From assembly GCA_000388065.2 (NCBI GenBank), contig KB932206.1: a stretch of 64,000 bases of DNA, one strand, 5' to 3'. The notes under the pieces were generated by a model. The model saw only the letters and a list, made by a program, of their open reading frames with translations, ran no database searches and was not told the origin of the DNA. A program made the translations under genes and the position numbers. Positions 24,899 to 38,000 of the stretch are shown here, one piece after another (position 1 is the first letter of the stretch; every line of letters starts with the position of its first letter). This DNA comes from Fonticula alba ATCC 38817 (lineage: Eukaryota > Protista > Nucleariida).

Positions 24899-25631
24899 GG
24901 GCGGCAGGTCGCCAGCCGGAAAGCCAAACCAACACGCATCAGACATGTGTGCTCGAGAAGGATGGCCCTTTCAAGGCGGAGGGGGGAAAAATGCAATCGG
25001 AGAATGGGCGGGAGGGGAGCACACAGCAAGAGGGGGGGGGGAGGAGAGAGGTATGCCAGATCGCGCCCTCGGGACACGCGTGTCCGGGAGATGCCCGGCC
25101 AAAAGATCTCGCTTTTCTGCCCGCCCACCGCCTCCGGCCCCGGGCGCGGGGACCGGGGCACTCTGCCGTGCGTGCGAGCCGCCAACGAACCGGCCGCCAG
25201 GGCATGTGGCCCGGGCGTGATCCGGGAAGCCAACGCACGCGCGATCGTGTCATGCGTTGTTGCTTCGCATGGCGGGTGGATGCACGCGCGCGCGCGCGCG
25301 CGCCCAGAGACCGGGGGGATTGCGCGTCCCGCGCGTCTCCTCCCCCCCCCCCTCCCCGCCCTCACCACGGGCGCACTTTGCCTTGGGGCCCTTTTTCGGC
25401 CCGTATGCCGGTTTTTCCGAAGGGACACTTTTCCCACATCGCCCTTCCTCCAGCCCCGTTTTTCTCCCCTCTCAGCGGCCTTCGGAAAGCCCGCCTCGCT
25501 TCCCTCCCCCCCCNNNNNNNNNNNNNNNNNNNNNNNNNNNNNNNNNNNNNNNNNNNNNNNNNNNNNNNNNNNNNNNNNNNNNNNNNNNNNNNNNNNNNNN
25601 NNNNNNNNNNNNNNNNNNCCCCTGCGGAACC

Positions 25632-28335
25632 ATGAGCACGCCCGCCGTCCCGGCTGCGGCCGACAACAACATCCAAATTGACCTGCTGGATGACACCAAC
25701 CCCGAGGGCACCCAGCCCGCGGTCAAGAAGGTCAAGGCCGAGGCCACGGATGATGTGTCGACCGCCTCGGTCACTGTCTCGGCCGACGCCGCCGCTGCCG
25801 CCGCCGCTGCCAAGAAGAAGGGCCCCATTGCTGTGGTCACTGACGAGGAGCTGATCGCCTCCAACGTGAAGGCCGTACGCACTCCAAATGTCTAACCTTA
25901 CGGTTGCTGCCTTCCGTCCTGCCGGCCTTCCCCTCCGCCTAACATCCTTTGTGTGCTTTGTCTCTTTTCTTTCCCCCCCCCCCCCCCCGGCCCCCCAATG
26001 TCAGGTCCGCCACGAGGTGGCCGTCCCGCCGGGGTACCCGTACGAGGAGCTGGTGGACCTGCCGATGCCGGCCAACCCTGCTCGGCAGTACCCCTTCGTG
26101 CTGGATCCCTTCCAGCGCTGGTCGGTCAACATCATCGAGCGCAATGAGTCGGTCCTGGTGTCGGCGCACACCTCCGCCGGTAAGACTGTCATCGCCGAGT
26201 ACGTTGGCTCGACTGCTGTGCCCTGGCGGCTGCCTAGGACCACACCTCTGACCCGCCCCCCTCCCCCCTGCCCTCGGGCCTACCTGCCCCGGCTGGCTGC
26301 TCGCCTGTGCGTCGCAGGTATGCCATCGCTGTGTCCCTGCGCAACAAGCAGCGTGTCATCTACACCTCCCCCATCAAGGCCCTGTCCAACCAGAAATACC
26401 GCGAGCTCCTGGAGGACTTCGGTGATGTCGGCCTGATGACCGGTGATGTCACCATCAATCCGAATGCCTCGTGCCTGGTCATGACCACCGAAGTGCGTGG
26501 CCACCTGTCTTTTCTTTCCGGGCTGTTCTCTTCCTCCCCTCCCCCCCCCCCCTCCCCTCCTGTGCACCTCGTCTAACTTTGATCATCGCTGGTAGATTCT
26601 CCGAAACATGCTTTATCGCGGGTCGGAGGTCATGCGCGAGGTGGCCTGGGTCATCTTCGATGAGATTCACTACATGCGTGACAAGGAGCGTGGCGTTGTC
26701 TGGGAGGAGAGTATCATCATGCTGCCGAAGAGCGTGCACCATGTGTTCCTCTCGGCCACCATTCCCAACGCCAAGGAATTCGCCGATTGGATTTGCCACG
26801 TCCACCAGACCGTACGGGGCCGTTCATCATCCTTTGCACTGGGCCTCCCGCCTGTTCGCCGTCAACTAACCCACATGTGCCTCGCCCGGACCCCGGTGCC
26901 CCGGTGGTCCTCCTGTTGCTTGGCCACCTGCCTCGGATGCCCAGCCCTGCCATGTGGTCTACACCGACTACCGTCCGACCCCCCTGCAGCACTACCTCTT
27001 CCCCAGTGGCGGTGATGGCATCTACCTGGTGGTCGATGAGAAGGGTCGCATCCGTGAGGACAACTTCAGCAAGGCCATGGCCCTGGTGACGGAGAGCCAG
27101 TCCGGCCGGGGGTCCTTCAAGGCTGGCGATCGCGCTCGGCGCATGCGCAGCAAGGGCTCCAGCTCGGACATCTTCCGCATTGTCAAGATGATCATGGATC
27201 GCCACTACCAGCCGGTGATCATTTTCGCCTTCAGCAAGCGCGAGGTCGAGGGCCTGGCCCTGCAGATTTCCAAGCTCGATTTCAACAGCGAGGAGGACAA
27301 GCAGATGGTGGAGGATGTTTACAACAACGCCATCGACAGCCTGTCCGAGGATGACAAGACCCTCCCCCAGATCCAGCACATCCTGCCCGTACGTTGCTCC
27401 GACGAGTCCCCGTTACCTCCCCCCCCCGGGGGTTGGAATTCCTCTGCTCTCGCTGTCTCTCTTGCTGATGGGCGGATGTCATGAGTGACTTTGTCCTCTC
27501 TCTCCCTCTCCCTCTCTCCCTCTCCCTCCCTCTCTCTCTCTCCTTCTCTCTCCCTCCCTCCCTCCCTCTCTCTCTCTCTCCTTCTCTCTCCCTAACTTTC
27601 CCTCCATCTCCATGGAAATCCGCTCTGTAGCTGCTGAAGCGTGGTATCGGCATCCATCATGGCGGTCTGCTGCCCCTGATCAAGGAGGTCATTGAGATTC
27701 TCTTCCAGGAGGGCCTGATCAAGGTGCGCCCGATCTTTCTTTCCCCTGCTGCTGTTCCTCTCCTTCCGTCACTTGCCGGGTGTCTATGCTCGCGAGCCGG
27801 CGCATTCCCCTTCTCCCCTCTCTCTCCCTCTCCCTCTCCCGCCGACAAAGCCAGCAAGGTAGGAACACCGTTCGTCTCTCTGATCGTTTGCCCCCCCCCC
27901 CCTCGCCTGCCCTCGGTTTTCTTCGCCACCGAGACCTTCAGTATGGGTCTGAATATGCCTGCGCGCACTGTGGTCTTCACGGCCGTGCGCAAGTACGATG
28001 GCAATGACTTCCGCTGGGTCTCCTCCGGCGAGTACACCCAGATGGCCGGCCGTGCCGGTCGTCGTGGTCTCGATGACCGTGGTATCGTCATCCAGATGCT
28101 CGACGAGAAGATCGACCCGCCTGCCTGCCGGGATATGCTCACCGGCGGCGCGGACAACCTCAACTCCGCCTTCTACCTCTCGTACAACATGATTCTCAAC
28201 TTGATGCGTGTGGAGGAGGTCAACCCGGAGTTCCTGCTGGAGCGCTCCTTCTTCCAGTTCCAGAACAACTCCTCGGTCCCCAAGCTCAAGAACGGTTCGT
28301 TGCCCCGTGGCTTTCCTTGTTTCCTTCCCTCCGCG

Positions 28336-28368
<33 letters not shown>

Positions 28369-30106
28369 TTATCTCTCTCTCTTTGAGGCACCATTTGACG
28401 GATGTGCCAATCCTCTGCTCTTCCCTTCTTTTTTTTTTCTCACCTCCTTCACTTCCCCTCCAACAATCAGACCTCGCTCTGCTGGAACAGAAGCGCGATG
28501 AGATTGTCGTTCCCCGTGAGGACGAGATCGCTGCCTACTACTCGATCGAGCAGCAAATCGCCACCCTCAATGACAGCGTCCGCAAGGTGATCACCCATCC
28601 GACCTTCCTGGTGCCCTTCCTCCAGCCTGGACGTCTGGTTCGCGTACGTGTGGCGCCCGGTCTGCCGGCCTCATCCTCGCCAATGGTCTGCAACGCCCCA
28701 AGCCCCGCCATTCGGCCGCCGACTCACCCTCCCCCTCCCGCTGTGCTCCATGAAATGTGGCCACACTGGCCGCAGATCCGCAATGGCGACCAGGACTTCG
28801 GCTGGGGCGTGGTGGTCAACTTCACCAAGAAGACCAACAGCCACCATCGGGCCATCCAGCCGGCCGGTGCGGCCGACACCGACGACGAGTCCACCAAGTA
28901 TGTGATCGACGTGCTGATCAAGTGTGCGTCCATCAACAACGCCATGAAGTCTGCGGAGCCGGCTTCGGCCGATGCCCAGCAGTCCGCCGAGATGCAGGTG
29001 ATCCCGGTCCTCCCGTCGACCATCTACAGCATCTCCTCGGTGCGGCTGAAGCTGCCGGCGTCTTTGAAGCAGCGCGACGCTCGCCAGCGTCTGGAGCACA
29101 CCATCGCCGAGGTGCAGCGCCGCTTCAAGTCCGGCGTCCCCCTGCTGGACCCGGTCACCGACATGAACATCACCGACGAGAAGTTTGCCCAGCTCATTGA
29201 GAAGATTCGCTCCCTGGAGGCGGCTCTCCAGCAGATGGACATCCACACGGCCGACGATCTGGCCGCTGTGCACAAGGTCTACTCCGAGAAGATGACCCTC
29301 ATTGAGGACATTCGAGTGCGTGAATGTCTTTTCCTCTGGGCCTCCCCCTGTGTGCCTTGCCTCCACTCGCCCCTCTACTCGCTCCCCCCCCCCCCCCCCC
29401 CCCCCCTTCCTCGCCCTCTCCCCGATCAGGCACTGACCGGAGTTCGACAACTCGCCCGCAACAGAACAAGAAGCGCCAGATTCGTGACGCCACCTCCATC
29501 ATGCAGATGGACGAGCTGAAGGCGCGCAAGCGTGTCCTCCGGCGCCTGGGCTTCACCTCCATGTCTGACGTCATGGAGCTGAAGGGCCGTGTGGCGTGCG
29601 AGATCAGCACCGGCGATGAGCTCCTCCTGACGGAGATGATGCTCAATGGTGTCTTCAATGACCTGTCGGTGGAGCAGATTTGTGCCATCCTCTCGTGCAC
29701 GGTGTTCGACGAGCGTGTCGGCAAGGATGACGACAAGAAGCCGCCCATGCGCGAGGAGCTGGCCAATCCCCTGCGCCAGCTGCAGGAGACCGCTCGTCAC
29801 ATTGCCCGTGTGTCGGCCGAGTGCAAGCTCGCCCTCGACGAGTCCACCTACCTGGAGAAGTTCAAGCCCGAGCTGATGGACGTCGTCTTCCAGTGGGCCT
29901 CCGGGGCCAAGTTCTGCGACGTGGCCAAGCAGACCGAGGTCTTCGAGGGAAGCATCATTCGGTGCATTCGCCGCCTGGAGGAGCTTCTCCGCCAGATGGG
30001 CTCGGCTGCCAAGGCCATCGGCTCGGCCGAGCTGGAGAACAAGTTTGCCGACGCCATTACCCGCATCAAGCGCGATATCGTTTTCGCTGCCTCCCTCTAC
30101 CTGTGA
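25632..30106 (+). CDS. MTR4: ATP-dependent RNA helicase MTR4/DOB1 (SKIV2L2), about 10 exons
   Basis: [101 protein letters not shown], arch/KOW insert, C-terminal [13 protein letters not shown]. Confidence 0.98.
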
Positions 30107-31682
30107 GGGTGGTGCGCGGCGGCTGCGCGCCTGGCCCAATGTCCCAGCCGGCGGTGCGGGGCGGCCACGACGGGGCAGAAAGACACCCATGTTTGCCCCT
30201 CCCCTCTCCTCCCTTCTCCTCTTCCACATCCCCTGCCCATCCTCCCTGTCGTTGTGTCTCTTTTGTCCCTTTTTCTTTCCCTCCCACACGAAGCGCGCGC
30301 CCCCCCTCTCCCAATACACGCGTCAATCGGTCATCATCCCCCCCTGAGTGCTTCGAGCGTCGATTCTCGCTGGCTCCGCCCGGTTGTTTGGCCCCAGCAC
30401 GGGAGGCCGAGAGTCGGCCCTTCTCGCTTGGAGGCTGCCTGTGTGTTTTCGTCCCATCCGGTGGCCTGCCTCCATTGCCGCCCTCGGTGGCGGCTTCCGC
30501 AGCCAGGTCGAGGGGTCGTCGGGGCTGGCGCGGTGTCGACGCTGAACACCGCGCGTGGTTCTGCACAAGTCGACGTCTCTTCTGAAGGGTCAGAGTTCGC
30601 CCGAGTATCCTCCCTCGCGGAGCCCCCTGGCGAGGCCGAGCTCCGTCACTCCGGTCCTCGGCCTGTGATTTCCGCGGATCCGTGTGATCTCGCCGGTGCG
30701 TCTTGGCGTTGCGAGGGCCGTCGAGGTTCTTAACTGGGACATCCGGTTTGAGATTCAGCAAGATTGTGGTCTCTTTTCCGGCGTTCGACTGTGTTTCATC
30801 CGAATGGCCTCTCCAAATGCTGGCATTTTATATTGCCTACAACATTTATCACCATGTGGTGATTGTCCGAGACCAATGGGCAAGCTAATCTCGATGCGCC
30901 GGAGGGCAAGGCCACACGAACCGCACTTCGACCTTTCTCGAGGCAATGTTCATTTGTCGACACACAAGGCCTGCCTTGCGCGCGGCCAAGCGAAGCAGGA
31001 TCCTCATTGCTCATGAGATGCCCAGCTGTCGAAGACTGGCAAGGGACAATCCAACGCCGAGAGTCAGCTCATTCGCCCAGATGCCAAACCCTAACCAGCG
31101 AGAGAAGGGCCGGAGTCACTGGGCGCGGAGAGGATCCGTCGGCCGGGCACTTGGGGTGGAGAGGAGCCACCGGAGCGCACAGGTGGCCGGCGTTTCATTC
31201 TTCAAGGAAATGCACCCCCCCTGGATGCTTTGCCACCGAATCGACATCCCCCGCCTAAAGCAGACACTGAGCTCCCGGCCGTGGAATCCTGCTCTCGGTC
31301 GGAAGGCCTCCTCTCGCGGTGGGCAGCACATGTCTGGGTGTGTCCGTGTGCCTGTCCTCCCTGCCACTTTTGCTCTTTTTACATAGACACCTCCTCGTGG
31401 GGGGCCTCCTCCGCAAGTTGCTTGGCTGGTGGGCGTTGGCCTCCTTTCTCTCTCCCTCTCCCCCTCTCTGCGTCCATTACTCTCTCCTTCTTGCTCTCTC
31501 TCTCTCTCCCTCTTGCTAGTCGCTCCTGGCAGCAAGCCTCTTGCCACTATTTTCGTTTGGGTACTCTTTTGCCCCTTTTTATCTTTCCTTGTCTCTGCCC
31601 TTTCCTCCCCCCCCCCCCTTCTCTCCCACACACACGGCCGCCCTCTTCATAGGGGGAGCCACTGGCAGGGTCCAAGGGGATA

Positions 31683-31754
31683 AGGGAGAGCCAGGAATCA
31701 AACCCGGGACCTCTCACACCCGAAGCGAGAATCATACCACAAGACTAATCTCCC
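31683..31754 (-). pseudogene. Degenerate tRNA-Pro(CGG), probable pseudogene
   Basis: 72-nt homologue of the tRNA-Pro at 50953-51024. It has lost invariant A14 and C56 (T-loop TTTGA), has a T7:C66 mismatch and has no downstream oligo-T terminator. Confidence 0.8.
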
Positions 31755-32059
31755 CTCGTATGAGGGGGGCAGACCCTCCGAGAGTGGTTTTCCCTGCACC
31801 GTGGGTGGCAACTGGCCCCTGCACCGCCGGGTGCACTTCCCCCGGCGGCGGGATTGACCTGGGCTTTGGCCAGAATAGCGGGAATTTGCCCCGGAGGAGG
31901 GGAAGCTGGGGCCGAGAGAGAGAGAGAGAGAAATAGACAAAGAAGCGGTGTGCGTGTATTAGAGCTGCCAGAAGCAGGACGCATAGCAAGCTTGGGTGCA
32001 TCAGACAGAGACAGAGAGAGAGAGAGAGAGACAGTAATCGTGGCGCTTTTCCCAGCTTT

Positions 32060-35000
32060 TCAATGGAGCATGGAGAGCGCATGGTGGATTCCCGCCGCGG
32101 AAGGGCGCGCCATCGGGTCCGCGGACCAGGCCCGACGCACGACCTCCAGGTAGCTCTCCAGCCAGGGGGCCCCTCCGGCGGGAGCAGAGGAGGCTGACAG
32201 ACGCAGGGGGACAGAGCTGCCGGAGGTGGGACACACATCCGGCCGATGGCCGGCCACAACGTGATCGGCAACCACCTCCGGCGAGAGACCCCGCCATACG
32301 GCCCCACCTTCGACCACCAGGGCAAAGAGAACCACACCCAGCGAGTAGACATCTCCCGCGAGGAGGAAGTCCGCGTCGGGGGTCTCCTGGCCGGGGGTGC
32401 TGCGGCCGAGCATGCGCAGCAGGATTTCCGGTGGCGCGTAAGGCGCACTGGCCGCCTGGATCTCCGCGACCGGGCCCATGGCTGTGGCCCGGCTGAGCAC
32501 CTGGGCCACACCGAAATCGCCGATGATCGGCTGCAGACGCCGGGAGTCCACCGGGTCCGGCCGGATGAAGATGTTCTGTGGCTTCAAGTCTCGGTGGATG
32601 ATGTTCTGCGAGTGGATGTACTTCAGGCCGTCGGCTGAGGTGACGGGCGAGATTGGCCGTGGGTGAGTGTGTGTGTGGAGGGCAGAGGGAAAGGGGGGGA
32701 GGGAGGGGGAGGGGTAAAGAGGGAGAGGGGGAGAGGGGACGGCGGAATAGTGCCGACAAAGGAGCACCCCCCCTACTTGGAAAGGCGGAGCAAATGCCGC
32801 GCCTTGATGGCGCTGGGGCGAGGGACCGCCCGCCGAGGGGAGACACTGCTCGGCTTCGGGGGACGTACCAATTTGCATGGCAATGTTGGGGATAAACTCC
32901 GCCGCAAGAAGCGGCTCATCCGGGACCCGGAGAAGGTCGGACAGGACACCGGGATAGCTGACCATGATCAGCCCCTTGAATGGGGCATTGCAGAACCCGA
33001 CAATGTGGCAGACATTCGGCGACCCGTCACGCAGGGCACTGTGTGACACACACGTAGTTGGCAAGCCGCCCACCCCGCAGGAAGGGAGGTAGCATGTGGT
33101 AAGAAGACCAGTTGGGCATCTTTCAGCTGGTGGCACGGGGGAGGGGGGGGGGGGGGGGGAGAACGCCGGGATGTCGATCGCACCTGAGGATGGAAATCTC
33201 CTGGTCCAGGAGCATCTCGAGCTGCTCGCGATGAGGCACATCTGTTGGGGGAGAGGGAGGGGACCAGCCACGCGCGTGCGGAGGGAAGGACACACATAGG
33301 TCCGGATGTGGGAATGTCAGGAGCTTCGGCAGACCGCGTGTTCGGGGGGAAGGGGAGCGCCATGGGCCGGTGGAGAAAAAAAACACAATGGGCTTCTTAC
33401 GCACCCTCCTTGAGCATCTTGATGGCACACTCGCTGGCTCCGCTGCGGATGATGGCGTCCTGGTTGAGCAGCGTGCAAGGCAGGACCTGAGCCTGCGACC
33501 CTTCACCCAACGGCATGGCGCCGCTCTCGATGCGGAAGTCGGTGCCGCTCGTCATCAGCAGGTATCCAGGCAGTGCGAGCTCTGCCGGCACGAGGAGGGG
33601 GGGGGGAGGGGGGGGAAGCAATAACGGCCGTAGCCGAAGCCACCAGGTCGAGTCAGCGAAAGGCGACAAGAACGGCCGAGAGGGGCAGCGAAGGTGGGGT
33701 GGGGGGAGAGCGGGCACAGGAGGGGAGTTGGGGCATCTTCACCGAGGGGAGAACCCCCTGGCGAGGGGGCCCCGGTAGAGGGAGGGCCACATACCGACAA
33801 GGGTGTTGAGCACGGTCATGTTTTCCGGATTGTCGAAGGACGCCGGATGCATGGAGTCCTTGGCGGAGTTCCGCGCCCGGCGCATGGCAAAGTACATGAG
33901 GACCAGCAGCAAGATCAATCCCAGCACCACCGGCAGGACAATGGCCAGGATGAGGATCGACCGGCCGCCTGCACGCGAGGGCATGGTAGCGCACGCGCCA
34001 TTTGGTGGAGGATGATGCCATGGACGCCCCCCGATGGCCAACAGGACACGGTCAGCAGAGGAACCAAGGAAGGCGCGGCCACAAGGGGGGGGGGGGGGGG
34101 GCCGCGTGCGGCGTGCAAAAGACCAAGCCCGGGGGCGGGCGAGAAAGGAAGAAAGAAAGAAAAGCAAACCAGCAGACGCACTCCTGCCGGGGCAGCCATA
34201 CTCCGAGCCACAGTCAAATTGCAGGCAGCCATCCGGGCCCGGGCCGGTGCAGGTGATGCAGGCCGCGTCGCAGGCCGAGCACATGTCGGCCGCGGGCTCG
34301 GGCGTGTACCACCCACCGGGGCATTCGGCCACGCAGGTGCGCGGCCCGGTGCCGATGGGCGAAGCGTCGGTCGCCTCGCGGTCCAGCAGCCGGATGGACT
34401 GCATGCCGGGGCCACATTCCTCGCAGTCGCCCGGCGAGCCGGGGCATGACAGACACCCACTCGGGCAGCGCAGGCAGTGCCTCTTGGCCTGATCCGTATG
34501 CCAGCCAGTCGGACAGGTGTCCTCGCCGGCCGGCCGGCAATCGCCCGACTCAACCATCAGCAGGCGATCATCCATGCAGCGGGTGCATTGGGTGGCGGCG
34601 GCCCCGGTGCACGCGGCGCAGCCCGCCACACACGGCAGACACACCTGGGTCCCGGCCACCAGGTCCTCGGCAGCGAAGTACCCGGTCGGACATTGGCCCA
34701 CGCACCCGACACCGGTCATCAGGAAGAGGCCCGGCGGACAGGCGGTGCAGTTTTCGGGCCGGGACCCATGCATGCAGGACGCGCAATCCGGGTGGCAGGC
34801 CGCACACCGCGCCAACAGGGGGACGGTCAGGTCGGCGAACTCCCGGTCGCCGCACCGGCTGACGCAGGTGCCGGCCGTGGTGCCGAGCAGCTTGCCAGCC
34901 GGGCATTGGGTGCAGTAGTCGGCGGAGTCCTGGCACTGGTGACACGTGGCGTCGCAGGAGACACACCGGCCACCCTGGGCCAGGTAGCCGGCGCCACAAA

Positions 35001-38000
35001 TGCCCACACACCCGTATGCCGGGTGCAGCAGCAGGCCGTCCAGACACTCGGAGCACTGGGTGCCCTCCGGCCCGGCGCACGACTGGCAGTACGGCGAGCA
35101 GGACATGCACGTGTCCAGGACATTGGCCTCCTGCCCGGGGAAGGTGCCCATCGGGCAGGTTTCCAGGCAGGCGCTCTGCCAGAGGCTCGGCCGGTCCGAC
35201 GCGCAGGCAGTACACTGACTTGCCGCCGGGCCGGAGCACGAGGCGCACGAAGCGTCGCAGCCGATACACTCCCCATGGAGGGGGGTGCTGCTGTCCGGAC
35301 AGGAATCCAGGCAGTGGGAGTCATGGGAGAGACGCGCACGGGGACAGAGGTCACACTGCCCGGGCCCGGGGCCGGTGCACGACAGGCAGGTGGCATCGCA
35401 CGCCTGGCAGGTGCGGTCCTGCTGGAAGTAGCCCAGCGAGGGGCATGCCGCGCGGCAGTACCCCCGATCCAGGACATTGCTGCCGGGACAGGCGGTGCAG
35501 GAGCTCGCCCGGTGGGACGAGCACTCGGCGCAGCTGCCATGGCAGGGAAGGCACGCATCGCCACTGGGAGACAGGTACATGGCCGAGGGGCAGGCATCCG
35601 CGCAGGTGCCATCCGGCAGCAGCAGCTTGCCGGCCGCACAAATGACGCAGAGCCCCGGGTTGGTCGGGCTGCACGACTCGCAGTGGACATCGATACACGC
35701 CTCGCAGGTCGGGCAGGGGTCCGGCAGGCATGACCCATCCTCCTGGAGCAGCCAGTCCGTCGGGCAGGACAGGCATTCGGTCGACAGGGGCCCGCTGCAG
35801 GTGGCGCAGCGGCCGGAGCACAGATCGCAGGACGAGCCATTGGCAAAGGTGCCCGCCGGGCAGGACCCCACACAAGAGGACCCACTCAGCAGGAGCCCCG
35901 GGCCGCAGGTGAGGCAGTCTCCCGGGCCATTCCCATCGCAAGTGGCACAGGTCTCGTGGCACTGGAGACACCGCTTGCCGGTGGCATCAATCTGCAGGCC
36001 GGCCTGGCACAGCCGGCAAATGGCGCCCGGCTGGGCCGTCACACAGGACAGGCACCCGGCGTCGGCGCATGGCTGACACTGGTTCGACCCGGGGGCCGAG
36101 ATGCTGGTTCCTTCGGGGCAGGTGCGCACGCACTCGCCCGAGGGCGCGCGCAGCCACCCAGGCGCACAAGCCTTGCAGTCGCGAGCCGTCAGCCCATCGC
36201 ATCCGGCGCAGGCGGCATCGCAGGGCTGGCACCGGCCCGGCACATTGCCCGGCAGGAAGCGATTCCCGGAGCAGGCGGTACACTGGCTGGCCGAGGGACC
36301 ATTGCAGGCGGCACAGCCGGCCGCACAGGCAAGACACTGGCGCAGGTCCTGCGACAGGGCGAACCCCGGGCTGCACCCGGCCACGCAGGTGCCCGCTTGC
36401 AGGAGCTCCCCCGGCCGGCAGGAGGCACACATGCCAGGCCGAGTGGCCGAGCAGCTGGCACAGCTGCCATGGCACGCGTCGCACCGGGGCGGGGTCACCG
36501 GCACCCCGGTGGCCTCATTGGCCACCGGCAGCAGCCCCACCTGGCAGATGCAGGCGCTGAAGTCGCCGGTCATGCCCGATGGGCAGACGCAATCCTGGGC
36601 GCCCGGGCCGGCCGGCACCGCGTGCTGGATGCACTCGCATGCATCCGACAGCGGGCTGATGAAGCGATTGAGGCCAAGGCAGGAGCATTGGCTGGTGGCC
36701 GGGTCGAAATCCACCCCCGGCGGGCACCAGCCACTGGTCTGGTCCGAGCGGCCGAAGATCGTGAAGGTCGAGGGGGCATCCGGGTCGGAAGACTGCTCGA
36801 ACAGCAAGACATCCACATGCCCATCCTGGTCGACATCGGTCAGCAGGATGTCCGTCTTCCCGGGCGCGGCGGCCACACCGGCCGGGGCGCTCTTCCCCGG
36901 AAGCATGACCACCCGGCGGAAGGAGGTCCGCTCGAAGGTCAAGACCAAATAGGCCACCAGCCGGCCGGAGCCCGGGTACAGCAGGACATAATCCATCATG
37001 TCATCGCCATTGACATCGACCCGGCGGAGGATCACATCCTCGGTGATGGGCTCATGCTCCAGGACATGCATCGGGCAGCCGAAGTTGTCGCGAATGCTGC
37101 CGCTGCCGCCGAGGCCGCTGCCGCCGGCAGCCGAGGTGGCCGACAGGCTGTCATCCGCGATCGGCAAGCTCTGGCACCGGCTGCTGGAGATGCACCCGAG
37201 ATCCATGAGGACAATGCTGTCGCCCCGGCCATCGGCCCGGACGAGGGCAATCTCGGCCTTCTGGCCGAGATCCAACAACGTCACCACGGTGTTGGTGATG
37301 GATTGATCAGCCGGATCCAGGAGCCAGATGCAGGCCGAGCTGTCCAGAAGCATCAGCAGGCCAGGCTGCTGGACCGGGTGCGCCGGGTAAATGTCCCGCA
37401 CGGAGTCCATCAAAACGATGGAAATATCCACCCCTAAGCCAAGCCCCAGGGCATTGGCGGTGGAATAATGCCAAGGCAGGCGACTCGGAGCCGGAGGACT
37501 TACCTCGACCAGAATCTCGTCGCATTGCCCGAAGGCCGAAGTGTCGTCAAGCGGCAGGGTGCTACGATGGACCAGGAGAAGATCCTGCTGGGCACCGGGC
37601 CCCGAGCCGGCCGGGACACGAACCAGCTGGATGCCCTGCGGGTAGAAGCCACTGTCAAAGATGGCTGGCCGCAAAAAGACCTCCTCCTCCGGGTACGGCA
37701 GGGGGAAGGAGCGGATCCTGCACTCGGACATGGCGAAGTCCCGGGTGTCGGTCAATTCGCGGACCTGGATCATGCTCGTGGCCAGGTGCGACAGCGGGGC
37801 CAACGGCCGGCCATGGATGTCGCACAAGCGCAGCGGAGCCTCGCCGCCGAAGCCGATGTCAGCCGGCGCCGGGCCGGCTTCAATGCTCAGGACCATGGTA
37901 ATCACATTGTTCATTTGGCTGAGAGCCTGCTTGGCCAGGCCCGGAGGATGCGGCCCGGAGGCCGTGCCGATGGACTCCACCGGTGGTGGCTCTTGCAATT

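Noticed and set aside
13540-30863. Two ATCAC-N6-GTGAT palindromes (13540-13555 and 30848-30863)
   Set aside because: Picked after the fact; dozens of 5-N6-5 palindromes are expected in 64 kb, so a shared half-site is not significant.
31763-31910. GTGGTTTTCCC...AATTTG segment resembling U1 snRNA
   Set aside because: It lacks the ATACTTACCTG 5' end, the U1A loop and a proper Sm site; the short match is likely chance.
33300-33560. Kinase as a pseudokinase because of the GEGSQAQV loop
   Set aside because: The beta-3 Lys, HRD Asp and DFG Asp are all present, so it is treated as likely active.
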